From positions 4,339 to 68,338 of the forward strand of contig JAFOXR010000043.1 in NCBI GenBank assembly GCA_017391675.1: a DNA stretch of 64,000 bases, read 5' to 3'. The notes beneath the pieces were generated by a model, which saw nothing but the letters and a program-made list of their open reading frames with translations, made no database searches and was not told the DNA's origin. The position numbers and the translations under genes were made by a program. Positions 31,618 through 40,892 of this stretch are shown piece by piece; within the stretch, counting starts at the first letter, position 1; each line of letters opens with the position of its first letter. This DNA comes from Muribaculaceae bacterium (GTDB lineage: Bacteria > Bacteroidota > Bacteroidia > Bacteroidales > Muribaculaceae).

Positions 31618-32451
31618 ATGAGAATAATAGCGGAAAGTAGTTCTACGAAGTCGGTATGGGCTTTGGTGGAAGATGGAAATATAGTTGAAAGTGTAAAAAT
31701 AGAAGGTATAAATCCGTTTTTCCAGTCAAGAAGAGAAATCAGTCATATAATACGATTAGGTTTGCCCGACACTTTTTTCAGGCGTCGTTGGGAGCATGTT
31801 GACCTTTATTGCTCAGGCTGTACAAGCGTAGAAAAAAAGAAGATCGTTGAGGCTTCGGCTGTGGCTCAGTTCAAGACTCCGGTAACAGTTGAAAGTAACT
31901 TGCTGGGTGCAGCTCGTGGCCTGTTAGGAAAGAAATCGGGGATCGTAAGTATCTTGGACTCAGGTTCCAGCTCTTGCCAATATGACGGTAACGGAATCGA
32001 AAAGCAGGTAAGTTCCTTAGGGTTTATTCTTGGAGATGAAGGTAGCGGTGCTGCTCTAGGACGAATTCTGTTGAGCGATTGCCTAAAAGATGTGGCTCCA
32101 AAAGAAATTTCGGATTTGTTCTATGACAAGTATAAATTGACGACCGACGAGATAATGGACGAAGTCTACACTACGAATGCAACCAACAAGTGGCTTAGCA
32201 AGTATGCTTCGTTCTTGTCGGAACATATTGATAACGAATATGTTAATGCGTTGGTAAGAGGAGAGCTGAAACGCTTCTTTGTGCGTAACATATTGCAGTA
32301 TGATTACGAAAAATATCCAGTGAGTTTCGTTGGAGAAATAGCATGTATGTATGAAAAGGAACTTAAGGAAGTTGCTGCCGAACTAGGTGTTTCGGTTGAC
32401 TCAATAGAAAAAAATGCGCTTCCTGGTTTGGTGAAGTATCATACGATATAA
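31618..32451 (+). CDS. BadF/BadG/BcrA/BcrD-type ATPase family sugar kinase (GlcNAc/MurNAc kinase paralog)
   Basis: 277 aa and colinear with the MurK-like protein at 46137-46982. Shared blocks are STK..W, GFILGDEGSGA.LG..L and the F.G.IA..Y region. Its phosphate-1 motif is AESSSTK rather than ADCGSTK. Confidence 0.7.
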   Translation: MRIIAESSSTKSVWALVEDGNIVESVKIEGINPFFQSRREISHIIRLGLPDTFFRRRWEHVDLYCSGCTSVEKKKIVEASAVAQFKTPVTVESNLLGAARGLLGKKSGIVSILDSGSSSCQYDGNGIEKQVSSLGFILGDEGSGAALGRILLSDCLKDVAPKEISDLFYDKYKLTTDEIMDEVYTTNATNKWLSKYASFLSEHIDNEYVNALVRGELKRFFVRNILQYDYEKYPVSFVGEIACMYEKELKEVAAELGVSVDSIEKNALPGLVKYHTI

Positions 32452-32499
32452 ACGCTTTTTCTATAGAAAGCAAACAGCTATAAGCGTGACGATTTGAAT

Positions 32500-32553
32500 A
32501 AGGTTTAAGAGGGTTGTAGCTCAGATGATGAGAATTAAAACCTCTTAAACCTT
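32500..32553. repeat. 13-bp perfect inverted repeat with a 28-nt loop
   Basis: aaggtttaagagg (32500-32512) pairs with cctcttaaacctt (32541-32553). It lies in the intergenic region downstream of the kinase paralog, and no U-tract follows. Confidence 0.6.
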
Positions 32554-32615
32554 AAAATATGTTTACAAGTGGATAAATAAGTCTTTATTTGTTTCGTAAT
32601 GTGAAGTTAAAGTAT

Positions 32616-32623
32616 TAAATTTG
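32616..32623 (+). promoter_or_regulatory. -7 promoter box TAAATTTG heading the cell-wall salvage cluster
   Basis: Exact TAnnTTTG match, about 80 nt upstream of the ATG at 32703. Confidence 0.5.
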
Positions 32624-32702
32624 TATGATTACCGTAGGGGTATTGTGAAATGAGCTATTTTGGCTTGAAAATAAAGACTGAAAAACAGAAAAATAAGAGC
32701 AT

Positions 32703-35700
32703 ATGATGAAACTTTTCTTGACATTATTGTCGGTAGGAATGCTGGGCGTAGCGACTGCTAATGCTCAACGCCCGCTAGCATCAGCACAAAAGGATAGCAT
32801 TGAGGCGAGAATACGCTCAACTATACCTGGCAACATGCAGCTAGGCGAGATTAAAGTGTTGAAAGCCACAGTGAGTGAGAAAAGACAAACTGTAAATATC
32901 AATATGAATGAAGTGTATTCGTATGTGCCATTTACAGAAACTACACTTAGTGAAGTTAAAAGTTTGGTCTTAGGCGAATTGCCTTCAAAATACAAGAGCT
33001 ATACTGTAAAAATCTCCATAAAAGGAGTGCCAGCAGAACGCTATATTCCTGTGTTTACAAAGGCTTACAGAAAGAAGAATGAGAAGTTTATAGTGTCTCA
33101 GGATCCGAACGATAATTTTACAAAAGGTTTAAGCGGAAATATTATAGCTTTGTGGCAAAGCCACGGTTGGTATTTCGAACCAAAGCTAGACCGTTGGGAA
33201 TGGCAGCGTGCACGCATCTTCCAAACAGTAGAAGACTTGTATACTCAAAGCTATGTAATGCCATTCTTGATGCCAATGCTTGAAAATGCCGGAGCTTATG
33301 TGATGAGTCCGCGTGAGCGCGACATAAATACATTCGAGCAGATTATTGACGGAGAAGGCAAGTATGCTTATAGCGGTTATCAGGAACACAAGAAAGGCGA
33401 AAAATGGTATGACGGTAGTAATGCTGGATTTGCCTACGAACGTGCTGAATACAGAAACTTTGAAAATCCATTTAAGGAAGGAACCTATCGTGAAGCAAAA
33501 ACTTCAAATAACAAGGACAAAGTGTCTACCGCTTCATGGAGTGCCGAAGTGCCAAAAGACGGAAACTATGCAGTGTATATTTCTTATGCTACTACACCAA
33601 AGAGCGTAAGTGATGTGAGATATACGATCAATAGTCAAGCCGGCTCGAAAGAATTTGTTGTGAACCAAAAGATGGGTGGCGGTACATGGCTTTACCTAGG
33701 TCATTATCCTTTGAAGGCCGGTTTGAACGAAAATGTGGTTGAAATAAGCAATTACTCTGAAGAGAATGGTGTAGTTACAGCCGATGCCGTTAAGATTGGT
33801 GGAGGTATAGGAAACATTGCTCGTAAAGTACAAGCAATGAGCGAAAATGTAAAGAGCTCTGATAATAAGGCCTCAAAGACTATCGCTACTCCTGAAGTTG
33901 ATTATCGCTGGCAATTAAGCAATTATCCACGCTTTACAGAAGGCGCTCGCTACTTCTTGCAATGGGCAGGCGTTCCTGACAGTGTATACTCACCAACTGA
34001 AGGCGTGAATGACTATACCGATGATTATAGCTGCCGTGGACATTGGGTGAATTATTTGTCGGGAGGTTCTCGCGTGAGACCTGACGGAGAAGGCTTGAAT
34101 ATCCCAGTGGATTTGGCGTTCGCATTCCACACCGATGCAGGAACTACTCCAAACGATTCTATCATAGGAACTTTGGGTATCTATATGACAAAGAAGTTTG
34201 ACAAATATGCTGATGGAACACCTCGCATTCTGTCTCGCGATTTCACCAATAAGGTGATGACAAATATCGTAGATGATGTGAGAAGACAGTTTGAACCAGA
34301 ATGGGCTCGTCGCGGAATGTGGGACCGCTCATATGCTGAGGCTCGTGTGCCAGAAGTGCCAACAATGCTACTAGAACTTCTTTCACATCAGAACTTTGCT
34401 GATATGAAATATGGACTTGATCCTAATTTCCGTTTCACAGTGAGCCGTGCTATCTATAAAGGCATGCTTCAATTCTTGGCTAAGCGTGATGGCCGATTGT
34501 ACATGGTACAGCCATTGCCTGTAAATTCATTTGAAATTGCTCCAAGTGGAAATAACAAGTTCCTTTTGTCTTGGAAACCTACAACTGATACATTAACTGC
34601 TAACTCTGACGCATCTTCTTACCTAGTGTATGAACGCATCGGCAACGGCGCATTCAAGTTTGTTGCTAAGACTGTAGCACCTCAATATCTAGCTGAAGTT
34701 AATGATAATCTTATCCATAGCTATAAGGTAGTGGCAATGAATGACGGAGGTAAGAGTTTTCCAAGTGAAATCCTTTCATTGGGTGTAGCACCTGAATCTA
34801 AAGGAACTGTAATGGTGGTGAACGGATTTACTCGCGTATCGGCTCCCGACTGGTTTGAAGCCGGTGAAATTGCAGGATTCTATGATGAACGCGATCATGG
34901 CGTACCTTATGTAAATGACATAAGCTTTATCGGTTCGCAGTTCGAGTTCCGTCGTGAAATACCATGGATGGATGACGATGCTGCAGGATTCGGAGCGAGC
35001 CGCTCAAATTATGAAACTAAGGTTATTGCAGGTAATACATTCGATTATCCAATCGTGCATGGTGAAGCTATAATGGCTGCTGGTTATTCATTCGTTTCAA
35101 GCAGTATGGACGCCTTCGCAGGAAAATCGTTTAATGCAGAGCAGTATCCAGTAGTGGATATCATAATGGGTAAGCAAAAAGAAGTGAAGATAGGCCGCGG
35201 TGCAGTGCCTAACCGCTATAAAACAATGTCACCTGAATTGATGACTACAATCACCGAGTATACTAAGACTGGAGGTAATGTAATGCTTACAGGTTCGTTC
35301 ATTGCAACTGATATTTGGGACAAGAAGAATGCTGTAGAAGAAGAAAAGGCATTTGCAGCCGATGTGCTTGGTTACAAGTGGAGAGTAGGCCAGGCTGCAA
35401 TCGTAGGAAAGATACATTCTGTGCCAAGCATTCATTCTAAGTTGAGCGATGATGGCAGTTGGACCTTCGGAATGGAATTGAATGACAAGATTTATGCGGT
35501 AGAGTCGCCAGATGCTATATATCCAGCTGACACTCAGACCGGTGCTACCGTTTTCCGCTACACTGAAAACAATATCCCTGCAGGTGTCGCATCGTCAAAG
35601 AATGGGTATAAGACATTCGTCCTAGGTGTACCGTTTGAGGTGATTAAAGGCAAGGAAAATAGAAATGCGTTCATGCAGCGCGTTTTGAACTTCTTTGAGA

Positions 35701-35705
35701 AATAA
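32703..35705 (+). CDS. Large secreted protein with an Amidase_3-like (MurNAc-L-Ala amidase fold) core
   Basis: 1000 aa with a signal peptide (MMKLFLTLLSVGMLGVATANA). Central blocks DLAFAFHTDAG and PTMLLELLSHQNFADMKYGLDPNFRFTVSRAIYKGMLQFL resemble the SIHxNA and E-containing motifs of zinc amidases. The flanking regions are not assignable by eye. Confidence 0.5.
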   Translation: MMKLFLTLLSVGMLGVATANAQRPLASAQKDSIEARIRSTIPGNMQLGEIKVLKATVSEKRQTVNINMNEVYSYVPFTETTLSEVKSLVLGELPSKYKSYTVKISIKGVPAERYIPVFTKAYRKKNEKFIVSQDPNDNFTKGLSGNIIALWQSHGWYFEPKLDRWEWQRARIFQTVEDLYTQSYVMPFLMPMLENAGAYVMSPRERDINTFEQIIDGEGKYAYSGYQEHKKGEKWYDGSNAGFAYERAEYRNFENPFKEGTYREAKTSNNKDKVSTASWSAEVPKDGNYAVYISYATTPKSVSDVRYTINSQAGSKEFVVNQKMGGGTWLYLGHYPLKAGLNENVVEISNYSEENGVVTADAVKIGGGIGNIARKVQAMSENVKSSDNKASKTIATPEVDYRWQLSNYPRFTEGARYFLQWAGVPDSVYSPTEGVNDYTDDYSCRGHWVNYLSGGSRVRPDGEGLNIPVDLAFAFHTDAGTTPNDSIIGTLGIYMTKKFDKYADGTPRILSRDFTNKVMTNIVDDVRRQFEPEWARRGMWDRSYAEARVPEVPTMLLELLSHQNFADMKYGLDPNFRFTVSRAIYKGMLQFLAKRDGRLYMVQPLPVNSFEIAPSGNNKFLLSWKPTTDTLTANSDASSYLVYERIGNGAFKFVAKTVAPQYLAEVNDNLIHSYKVVAMNDGGKSFPSEILSLGVAPESKGTVMVVNGFTRVSAPDWFEAGEIAGFYDERDHGVPYVNDISFIGSQFEFRREIPWMDDDAAGFGASRSNYETKVIAGNTFDYPIVHGEAIMAAGYSFVSSSMDAFAGKSFNAEQYPVVDIIMGKQKEVKIGRGAVPNRYKTMSPELMTTITEYTKTGGNVMLTGSFIATDIWDKKNAVEEEKAFAADVLGYKWRVGQAAIVGKIHSVPSIHSKLSDDGSWTFGMELNDKIYAVESPDAIYPADTQTGATVFRYTENNIPAGVASSKNGYKTFVLGVPFEVIKGKENRNAFMQRVLNFFEK

Positions 35706-35774
35706 TAACTTGAAAAGGAATTAATATACAAAAATTAATAAATAACAATTATATAACTAAATCAATAAACAACA

Positions 35775-37235
35775 ATGAAGACAATTAACTGTTTCGTACC
35801 ATTTGCAAGCGCTGAGCAAGCTAAGGCTACAGTGGAAGCATTGAAAGCTAGTGAACTAGTAAAGAATGTATATCTTCTAAAGACTGCTGAGGCAGAAGGA
35901 ACTATAGAAGGTTGTGAAGCAATTGATATCAAGTCGCTATATGCTACTGATACAATCAAGAAGATTGCTGAAAAGGCTGATGCTGATTATGTATTGCTTT
36001 ATACTAAGTATGATACATTGGTTCCTGGCATGTTTGCTATCGAAAGAATGGAAAAATTGGCATCAGACAGTTCTGCTGCAATGGTTTATGCTGACCACTA
36101 TCAAGTAGTAGACGGCAAGCAAACTAATGCTCCAGTGATTGATTATCAATTCGGTAGTCTTCGTGACGACTTCGATTTCGGTTCTGTGCTAATGTTCAAT
36201 GCTGCAAATTATAAGGAAGCAGCTGCTGGTATCGATAAAGAATACGAACATGCAGGTTTGTATGATTTGCGTTTGCGCATCTCAAGACTAGGTAACCTAG
36301 TACACATTAACGAATATTTATACAGCGATGTTCAACAAGATACTCGTAAGAGTGGTGAAAAGATTTTCGACTATGTAGATCCAAGAAACCGTGGTCGCCA
36401 AATCGAAATGGAACAAGCTTGTACAGAACACTTGAAAGCTATCGGCGGTTACCTAGAACCTAAGTTCCAAGAAATCGCATTCGACAAGGGTGAATTCGAA
36501 TATGAAGCATCAGTTATGATTCCTGTTCGTAACCGTATCCGCACAGTGCGCGACGCGATCAAGTCTGTTCTAGCTCAAAAGTGTAACTTCAAGTTCAACC
36601 TTATCATTGTAGATAACGGTTCAACAGACGGAACAACTGAAGCTATCCAAGAATTCAAAGATGACGAAAGACTTATCCACATTATCCCAGAACGCAATGA
36701 CCTAGGTATCGGCGGTTGCTGGAATCTTGGTGCACATCACCCTAAGTGCGGTAAGTTCATCGTTCAATTGGACAGTGATGACGTTTACAAAGATGAAAAC
36801 ACTCTTCAAACAATGGTGAACGCATTCTACGAACAAAACTGTGCAATGGTAGTGGGTACTTACATGATGACAAACTTCGATATGGAAATGATCGCTCCAG
36901 GTATCATCGACCATAAGGAATGGACTCCAGATAACGGACGCAACAATGCACTTCGTATCAATGGTCTTGGTGCTCCTCGCGCATTCTATACTCCAGTTCT
37001 TCGTGACATCAAGGTTCCAAACACTAGCTACGGTGAAGACTACGCTCTAGGTTTGAATATCTCTCGTAACTATCAAATCGGTCGTGTATATGATGTAGTA
37101 TACTTGTGCCGTCGTTGGGACGATAACAGTGATGCTTCTCTTGATATCGTTAAGATGAATGGTCACAACTTATACAAGGACCGTATCCGTACATGGGAAC
37201 TAGAAGCTCGTATCGCTAAAAACAAGAAAGCTTAA
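35775..37235 (+). CDS. Family 2 glycosyltransferase with an uncharacterised N-terminal domain
   Basis: 486 aa. The GT-A core starts near residue 245 (SVMIPVRNRIRTVRDAIKSVLAQ...NLIIVDNGSTDGT), with a DxD-type motif QLDSDDVY. The N-terminal 240 aa or so are unassigned. Confidence 0.8.
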   Translation: MKTINCFVPFASAEQAKATVEALKASELVKNVYLLKTAEAEGTIEGCEAIDIKSLYATDTIKKIAEKADADYVLLYTKYDTLVPGMFAIERMEKLASDSSAAMVYADHYQVVDGKQTNAPVIDYQFGSLRDDFDFGSVLMFNAANYKEAAAGIDKEYEHAGLYDLRLRISRLGNLVHINEYLYSDVQQDTRKSGEKIFDYVDPRNRGRQIEMEQACTEHLKAIGGYLEPKFQEIAFDKGEFEYEASVMIPVRNRIRTVRDAIKSVLAQKCNFKFNLIIVDNGSTDGTTEAIQEFKDDERLIHIIPERNDLGIGGCWNLGAHHPKCGKFIVQLDSDDVYKDENTLQTMVNAFYEQNCAMVVGTYMMTNFDMEMIAPGIIDHKEWTPDNGRNNALRINGLGAPRAFYTPVLRDIKVPNTSYGEDYALGLNISRNYQIGRVYDVVYLCRRWDDNSDASLDIVKMNGHNLYKDRIRTWELEARIAKNKKA

Positions 37236-37240
37236 TAGAA

Positions 37241-38176
37241 ATGGCAGTATTCACATCTAAGGACGTAGAAAGCTTGTTCCAACGCCAGTTTGAGGTGTGG
37301 GAAACAGCAAAAAATAATTTTGATGCGCTCAAGGGTGTAAAGGTTAAGACATTGAAAGTGGGTAATGCCACTTTCAATGTTCAATTTAACCCAGGTCGTA
37401 TCGTATCAAGTGCCGCTAAGGTAGATGCAAAATCCTTGAAGGAAAGAAAATGTTTCTTGTGTGAGGCAAATAGACCTGCAGTGCAAGAAGGTTTGGCATG
37501 GGAAAACTATACAGTTTTGATTAACCCATTCCCGATTTTCCCAAGACACTTGACAATCCCTTGCAACGACCATACCGACCAATTGATATCTGGCCGTATC
37601 GGTGATATGATGTCGCTTGCTGCATTGCTACCAGAATACATATTGTTCTATAATGGACCTAAGTGCGGTGCTTCAGCTCCTGATCACATGCACTTCCAAG
37701 CAGGAAACAAGGGCTTTATGACATTTGATGCTGATATCGCTAAGGGTGAAAAGACTTTGGTGAAGGAAGCAGAAGGCGCAAAATTGGAATATGTAAAGGG
37801 ACTTGGCCGTGTGGCTCTAGTTATTACAGCCGATAAGAAAGAAGCTGGCGAGGCATTGTTTAACGAAGTATTTGCAGCGCTTCCTCAAAAGGAAGAAGAG
37901 ACAGAACCAATGCTAAATATCCTATGCTGGGCAGAAGGTGAAAAGTGGGTGATTGCAGTATTCCCAAGAAAGCAACACCGTCCTTCATGCTATTCGGCAG
38001 AAGGAGATGCTAACATCTTGATTTCTCCTGCATCGGTAGATATGGGTGGCGTTTTCATCACTCCATTGGAAAAGGACTTTGATAAGATAACTGCAGAAGA
38101 TGTGCAAATGATTCTTGACGAAGTGTGCTTTGGAGAAGAAGATGCTGAAAAACTAATTGCAACATTAAAAGGATAA
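37241..38176 (+). CDS. DUF4922-like protein, HIT/GalT-branch nucleotidyltransferase or phosphorylase fold
   Basis: 311 aa. Carries the HxHxQ motif APDHMHFQAG, as found in GDP-L-galactose phosphorylase and Ap4A phosphorylase-type HIT proteins. 6 nt downstream of the GT2 gene. Confidence 0.6.
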   Translation: MAVFTSKDVESLFQRQFEVWETAKNNFDALKGVKVKTLKVGNATFNVQFNPGRIVSSAAKVDAKSLKERKCFLCEANRPAVQEGLAWENYTVLINPFPIFPRHLTIPCNDHTDQLISGRIGDMMSLAALLPEYILFYNGPKCGASAPDHMHFQAGNKGFMTFDADIAKGEKTLVKEAEGAKLEYVKGLGRVALVITADKKEAGEALFNEVFAALPQKEEETEPMLNILCWAEGEKWVIAVFPRKQHRPSCYSAEGDANILISPASVDMGGVFITPLEKDFDKITAEDVQMILDEVCFGEEDAEKLIATLKG

Positions 38177-38180
38177 AGCT

Positions 38181-39500
38181 ATGAGTAATGTACCTCAAGT
38201 GCAGGTAGGCATTATGCACGAGCCTAGTGTGGAATTTGTTCTGCACGGGAACTATAAGGTGAACGGAATAGAGGTAACCGGTAACCAGACTGCTACAATG
38301 CAGGACGGAAAGGTGTGCTGGAACGGTTCTGTGTGTGAAGAATTCTTTTTCGAACCAACCGATGCCGAAAATGATTCATTTGAATTGATTGGCGTTACAA
38401 TTGGCGTGAATTTTCACTGGGAGCGTAAAGAAAACCAGACATTCCGCGGTGCTTTGCGTCTGATTGTTGAGCATGGAGCACTTTGCCCTGTAAATGTTCT
38501 TTCAGTAGAAGAATATTTGTTGAGCGTGATTTCAAGTGAGATGAGTGCAACAGCATCTTTGGAACTGTTGAAGGCTCATGCCGTGATTTCTCGCAGTTGG
38601 TTGCTTGCTCAAATGGACAAGAGCAAGAAATTGGCAGCAGGTGCGACAAAATATTGTGCATGCACACAAACAGAGGACGAGCTAGTGAAATGGTATGATC
38701 GCGAAGACCACTTCAATTTTGATGTGTGTGCCGATGACCATTGCCAACGCTATCAAGGTATCACCCGCGCTTCAACTCAGAAGGTGCGTGATGCAATAAA
38801 AGCTACTTGGGGAGAAGTACTTACTTATGACGGCGAACTTTGTGATGCTCGTTTCTCTAAGAGCTGCGGTGGTGTATATGAGGAATTTGAAAATTGTTGG
38901 GAACCAAAGCATTATGACTATTTGGTGGCTCGTCTTGATGGGGCAGACGAAATGAACTTCCCTGATTTGACAGTAGAAGAGAATGCACGCGAGTGGATTC
39001 TTAATGCACCAGAAGCATATTGCAACACTACCGACAAGAAAATCCTTTCACAAGTTCTGAATAACTATGATCAGGAAACAACCGATTTCTATCGCTGGAA
39101 GGTAGAGTACACTCAAGACGAACTTTCAAAACTTGTGAAAGAGCGTTCGGGCGTTGATTACGGAAAGATTCTTGACTTGGAACCTATAGCAAGAGGTACA
39201 TCTGGCCGCCTATATCGTCTAAAGATTGTAGGCGACAAGAAGACTCAGATTATAGGTAAAGAACTTGAAATCCGTCGCACATTGTCACCATCACACTTGT
39301 ATAGCTCGGCATTTGTTGTAGAAAAGCAAGATGTTGATGCTGACGGAGTACCTCAAAAGTTCATTATTCGCGGTGCAGGATGGGGACATGGCGTAGGCTT
39401 GTGCCAAATCGGTGCTGCAGTAATGGGTGAAAAGGGCTACAATTACAAAGAAATCCTTTTGCATTACTTCATCAATGCAGATATAAACAAATTATACTAA
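38181..39500 (+). CDS. SpoIID/LytB domain protein (lytic transglycosylase / amidase enhancer family)
   Basis: 439 aa. Blocks EEYLLSVISSEM.....ELLKAHAVISRSW, CADDHCQRYQG, FSKSCGG and GAGWGHGVGLCQIGA are hallmark SpoIID motifs. Confidence 0.85.
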   Translation: MSNVPQVQVGIMHEPSVEFVLHGNYKVNGIEVTGNQTATMQDGKVCWNGSVCEEFFFEPTDAENDSFELIGVTIGVNFHWERKENQTFRGALRLIVEHGALCPVNVLSVEEYLLSVISSEMSATASLELLKAHAVISRSWLLAQMDKSKKLAAGATKYCACTQTEDELVKWYDREDHFNFDVCADDHCQRYQGITRASTQKVRDAIKATWGEVLTYDGELCDARFSKSCGGVYEEFENCWEPKHYDYLVARLDGADEMNFPDLTVEENAREWILNAPEAYCNTTDKKILSQVLNNYDQETTDFYRWKVEYTQDELSKLVKERSGVDYGKILDLEPIARGTSGRLYRLKIVGDKKTQIIGKELEIRRTLSPSHLYSSAFVVEKQDVDADGVPQKFIIRGAGWGHGVGLCQIGAAVMGEKGYNYKEILLHYFINADINKLY

Positions 39501-39530
39501 AACTAACAACTAAATCATTTTAAAATAATA

Positions 39531-40877
39531 ATGAAGACAGAAACAAAACGTAATCCGTGGGCATGGATTCCAACGCTATACTTTGCGCAAGGTATTCCAT
39601 TCATTTTCATCAATATGGTGACAATGGTGCTATTTACTCAGCTTGGTATGTCGGAAACCGACGCTACCCTTTACACTGGTTGGCTATACTTGCCATGGGT
39701 AATCAAACCATTCTGGGGACCAATCGTGGATATTATTCGCACAAAGCGTTGGTGGACAGTGACAATGCAGATTTGTGTAGCAGTTGGTCTTGCAGCGATT
39801 GCATTCACATTGCCATTGCCAAATAAAGAGGAAATTGCAGCAGGATTGCCAGTAAGCGCATTCATGCTATGTCTATTCTTCTATTTTATCACTGCTTTCT
39901 GTTCAGCAACTCACGATATCGCTTCTGACGGTTTCTATATGATTGCATTGAATACAGCAGAACAAAGTATGTTTGTAGGTATCCGTTCTACATTCTACCG
40001 TTGTGCTAATGTATTCGGTCAAGGTGGTCTTGTAATGCTTGCTGGATATTTGGAATCACAAACAGGTAGCGTATCTACTGCATGGCAATATACTGTTATC
40101 ATCTGTGCAGTATTCTTTGCCGTTGTTTCTATCTGGCACGCATTTATCCTTCCTGTTCCTGCAACCGATAAGGCCGTAGGTGATGCAAAGAAGAAGAGCG
40201 TTGGCGATATCGTTAAGGAATTCTCTGGCTCATTCGTGACATTCTTCCAAAAGAAGCATGTTATCTTGGCTATGTTGTTCATGTTGCTTTATCGTCTTCC
40301 TGAAGCTCAAGTTGTTAAGCTTTGTCAGCCATTCCTACTTGCAGCACGCGATGCAGGAGGTCTAGGAATGACTCAAACTGAAGTGGGCTTCGCTTACGGA
40401 ACACTTGCAATCATCGGTCTTACTGTGGGTGGTATCATCGGTGGTATCTGTGCTTCTAATGGCGGTTTGAAGAAATGGATTTGGCCAATGGCTCTAGCTA
40501 CTTCGCTTAACTGCGTGGCTTATATCGTACTATCAAATGTACAGCCATCTTATGCTGAACTATCTGGTAAGATCATTATCTTCAGTGCTATTATTCTAGA
40601 ACAGTTCGCTTATGGATTCGGATTTACTGCATTCATGCTATACATGATGTACTTTGCTGACGGTCCTTACAAGACTTCTCACTATGCAATCTGTACAGCA
40701 TTCATGGCTCTAGGTATGATGCTTCCAGGTATGGCTGCCGGTTTCATTAAGGAAGAACTTCTAGGCAATTCTTACATCAATTTCTTCTGGTGGGTACTTG
40801 CTTGTAACTTTGCAACTTGGCTAGTAACAGCTCTAGTACGCAAGCACATCAATCCAGAATATGGAGCAAAGAAATAA
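39531..40877 (+). CDS. ampG: AmpG-family muropeptide MFS permease
   Basis: 448-aa polytopic protein. The N-terminal block YFAQGIPFIF...LG.S....LYTGWLYLPWVIKPFWGPIVD matches the AmpG signature. Confidence 0.85.
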   Translation: MKTETKRNPWAWIPTLYFAQGIPFIFINMVTMVLFTQLGMSETDATLYTGWLYLPWVIKPFWGPIVDIIRTKRWWTVTMQICVAVGLAAIAFTLPLPNKEEIAAGLPVSAFMLCLFFYFITAFCSATHDIASDGFYMIALNTAEQSMFVGIRSTFYRCANVFGQGGLVMLAGYLESQTGSVSTAWQYTVIICAVFFAVVSIWHAFILPVPATDKAVGDAKKKSVGDIVKEFSGSFVTFFQKKHVILAMLFMLLYRLPEAQVVKLCQPFLLAARDAGGLGMTQTEVGFAYGTLAIIGLTVGGIIGGICASNGGLKKWIWPMALATSLNCVAYIVLSNVQPSYAELSGKIIIFSAIILEQFAYGFGFTAFMLYMMYFADGPYKTSHYAICTAFMALGMMLPGMAAGFIKEELLGNSYINFFWWVLACNFATWLVTALVRKHINPEYGAKK

Positions 40878-40892
40878 TTTTAGCGTATAGAC

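Noticed and set aside
32510-32540. The loop of the inverted repeat contains gggttgtagctcagatg, resembling the 5' acceptor and D-arm of a tRNA. Considered as a tRNA remnant or att site.
   Set aside because: Only about 20 nt are tRNA-like, with no anticodon or T-arm. Integrases normally target tRNA 3' ends, and no integrase is present.
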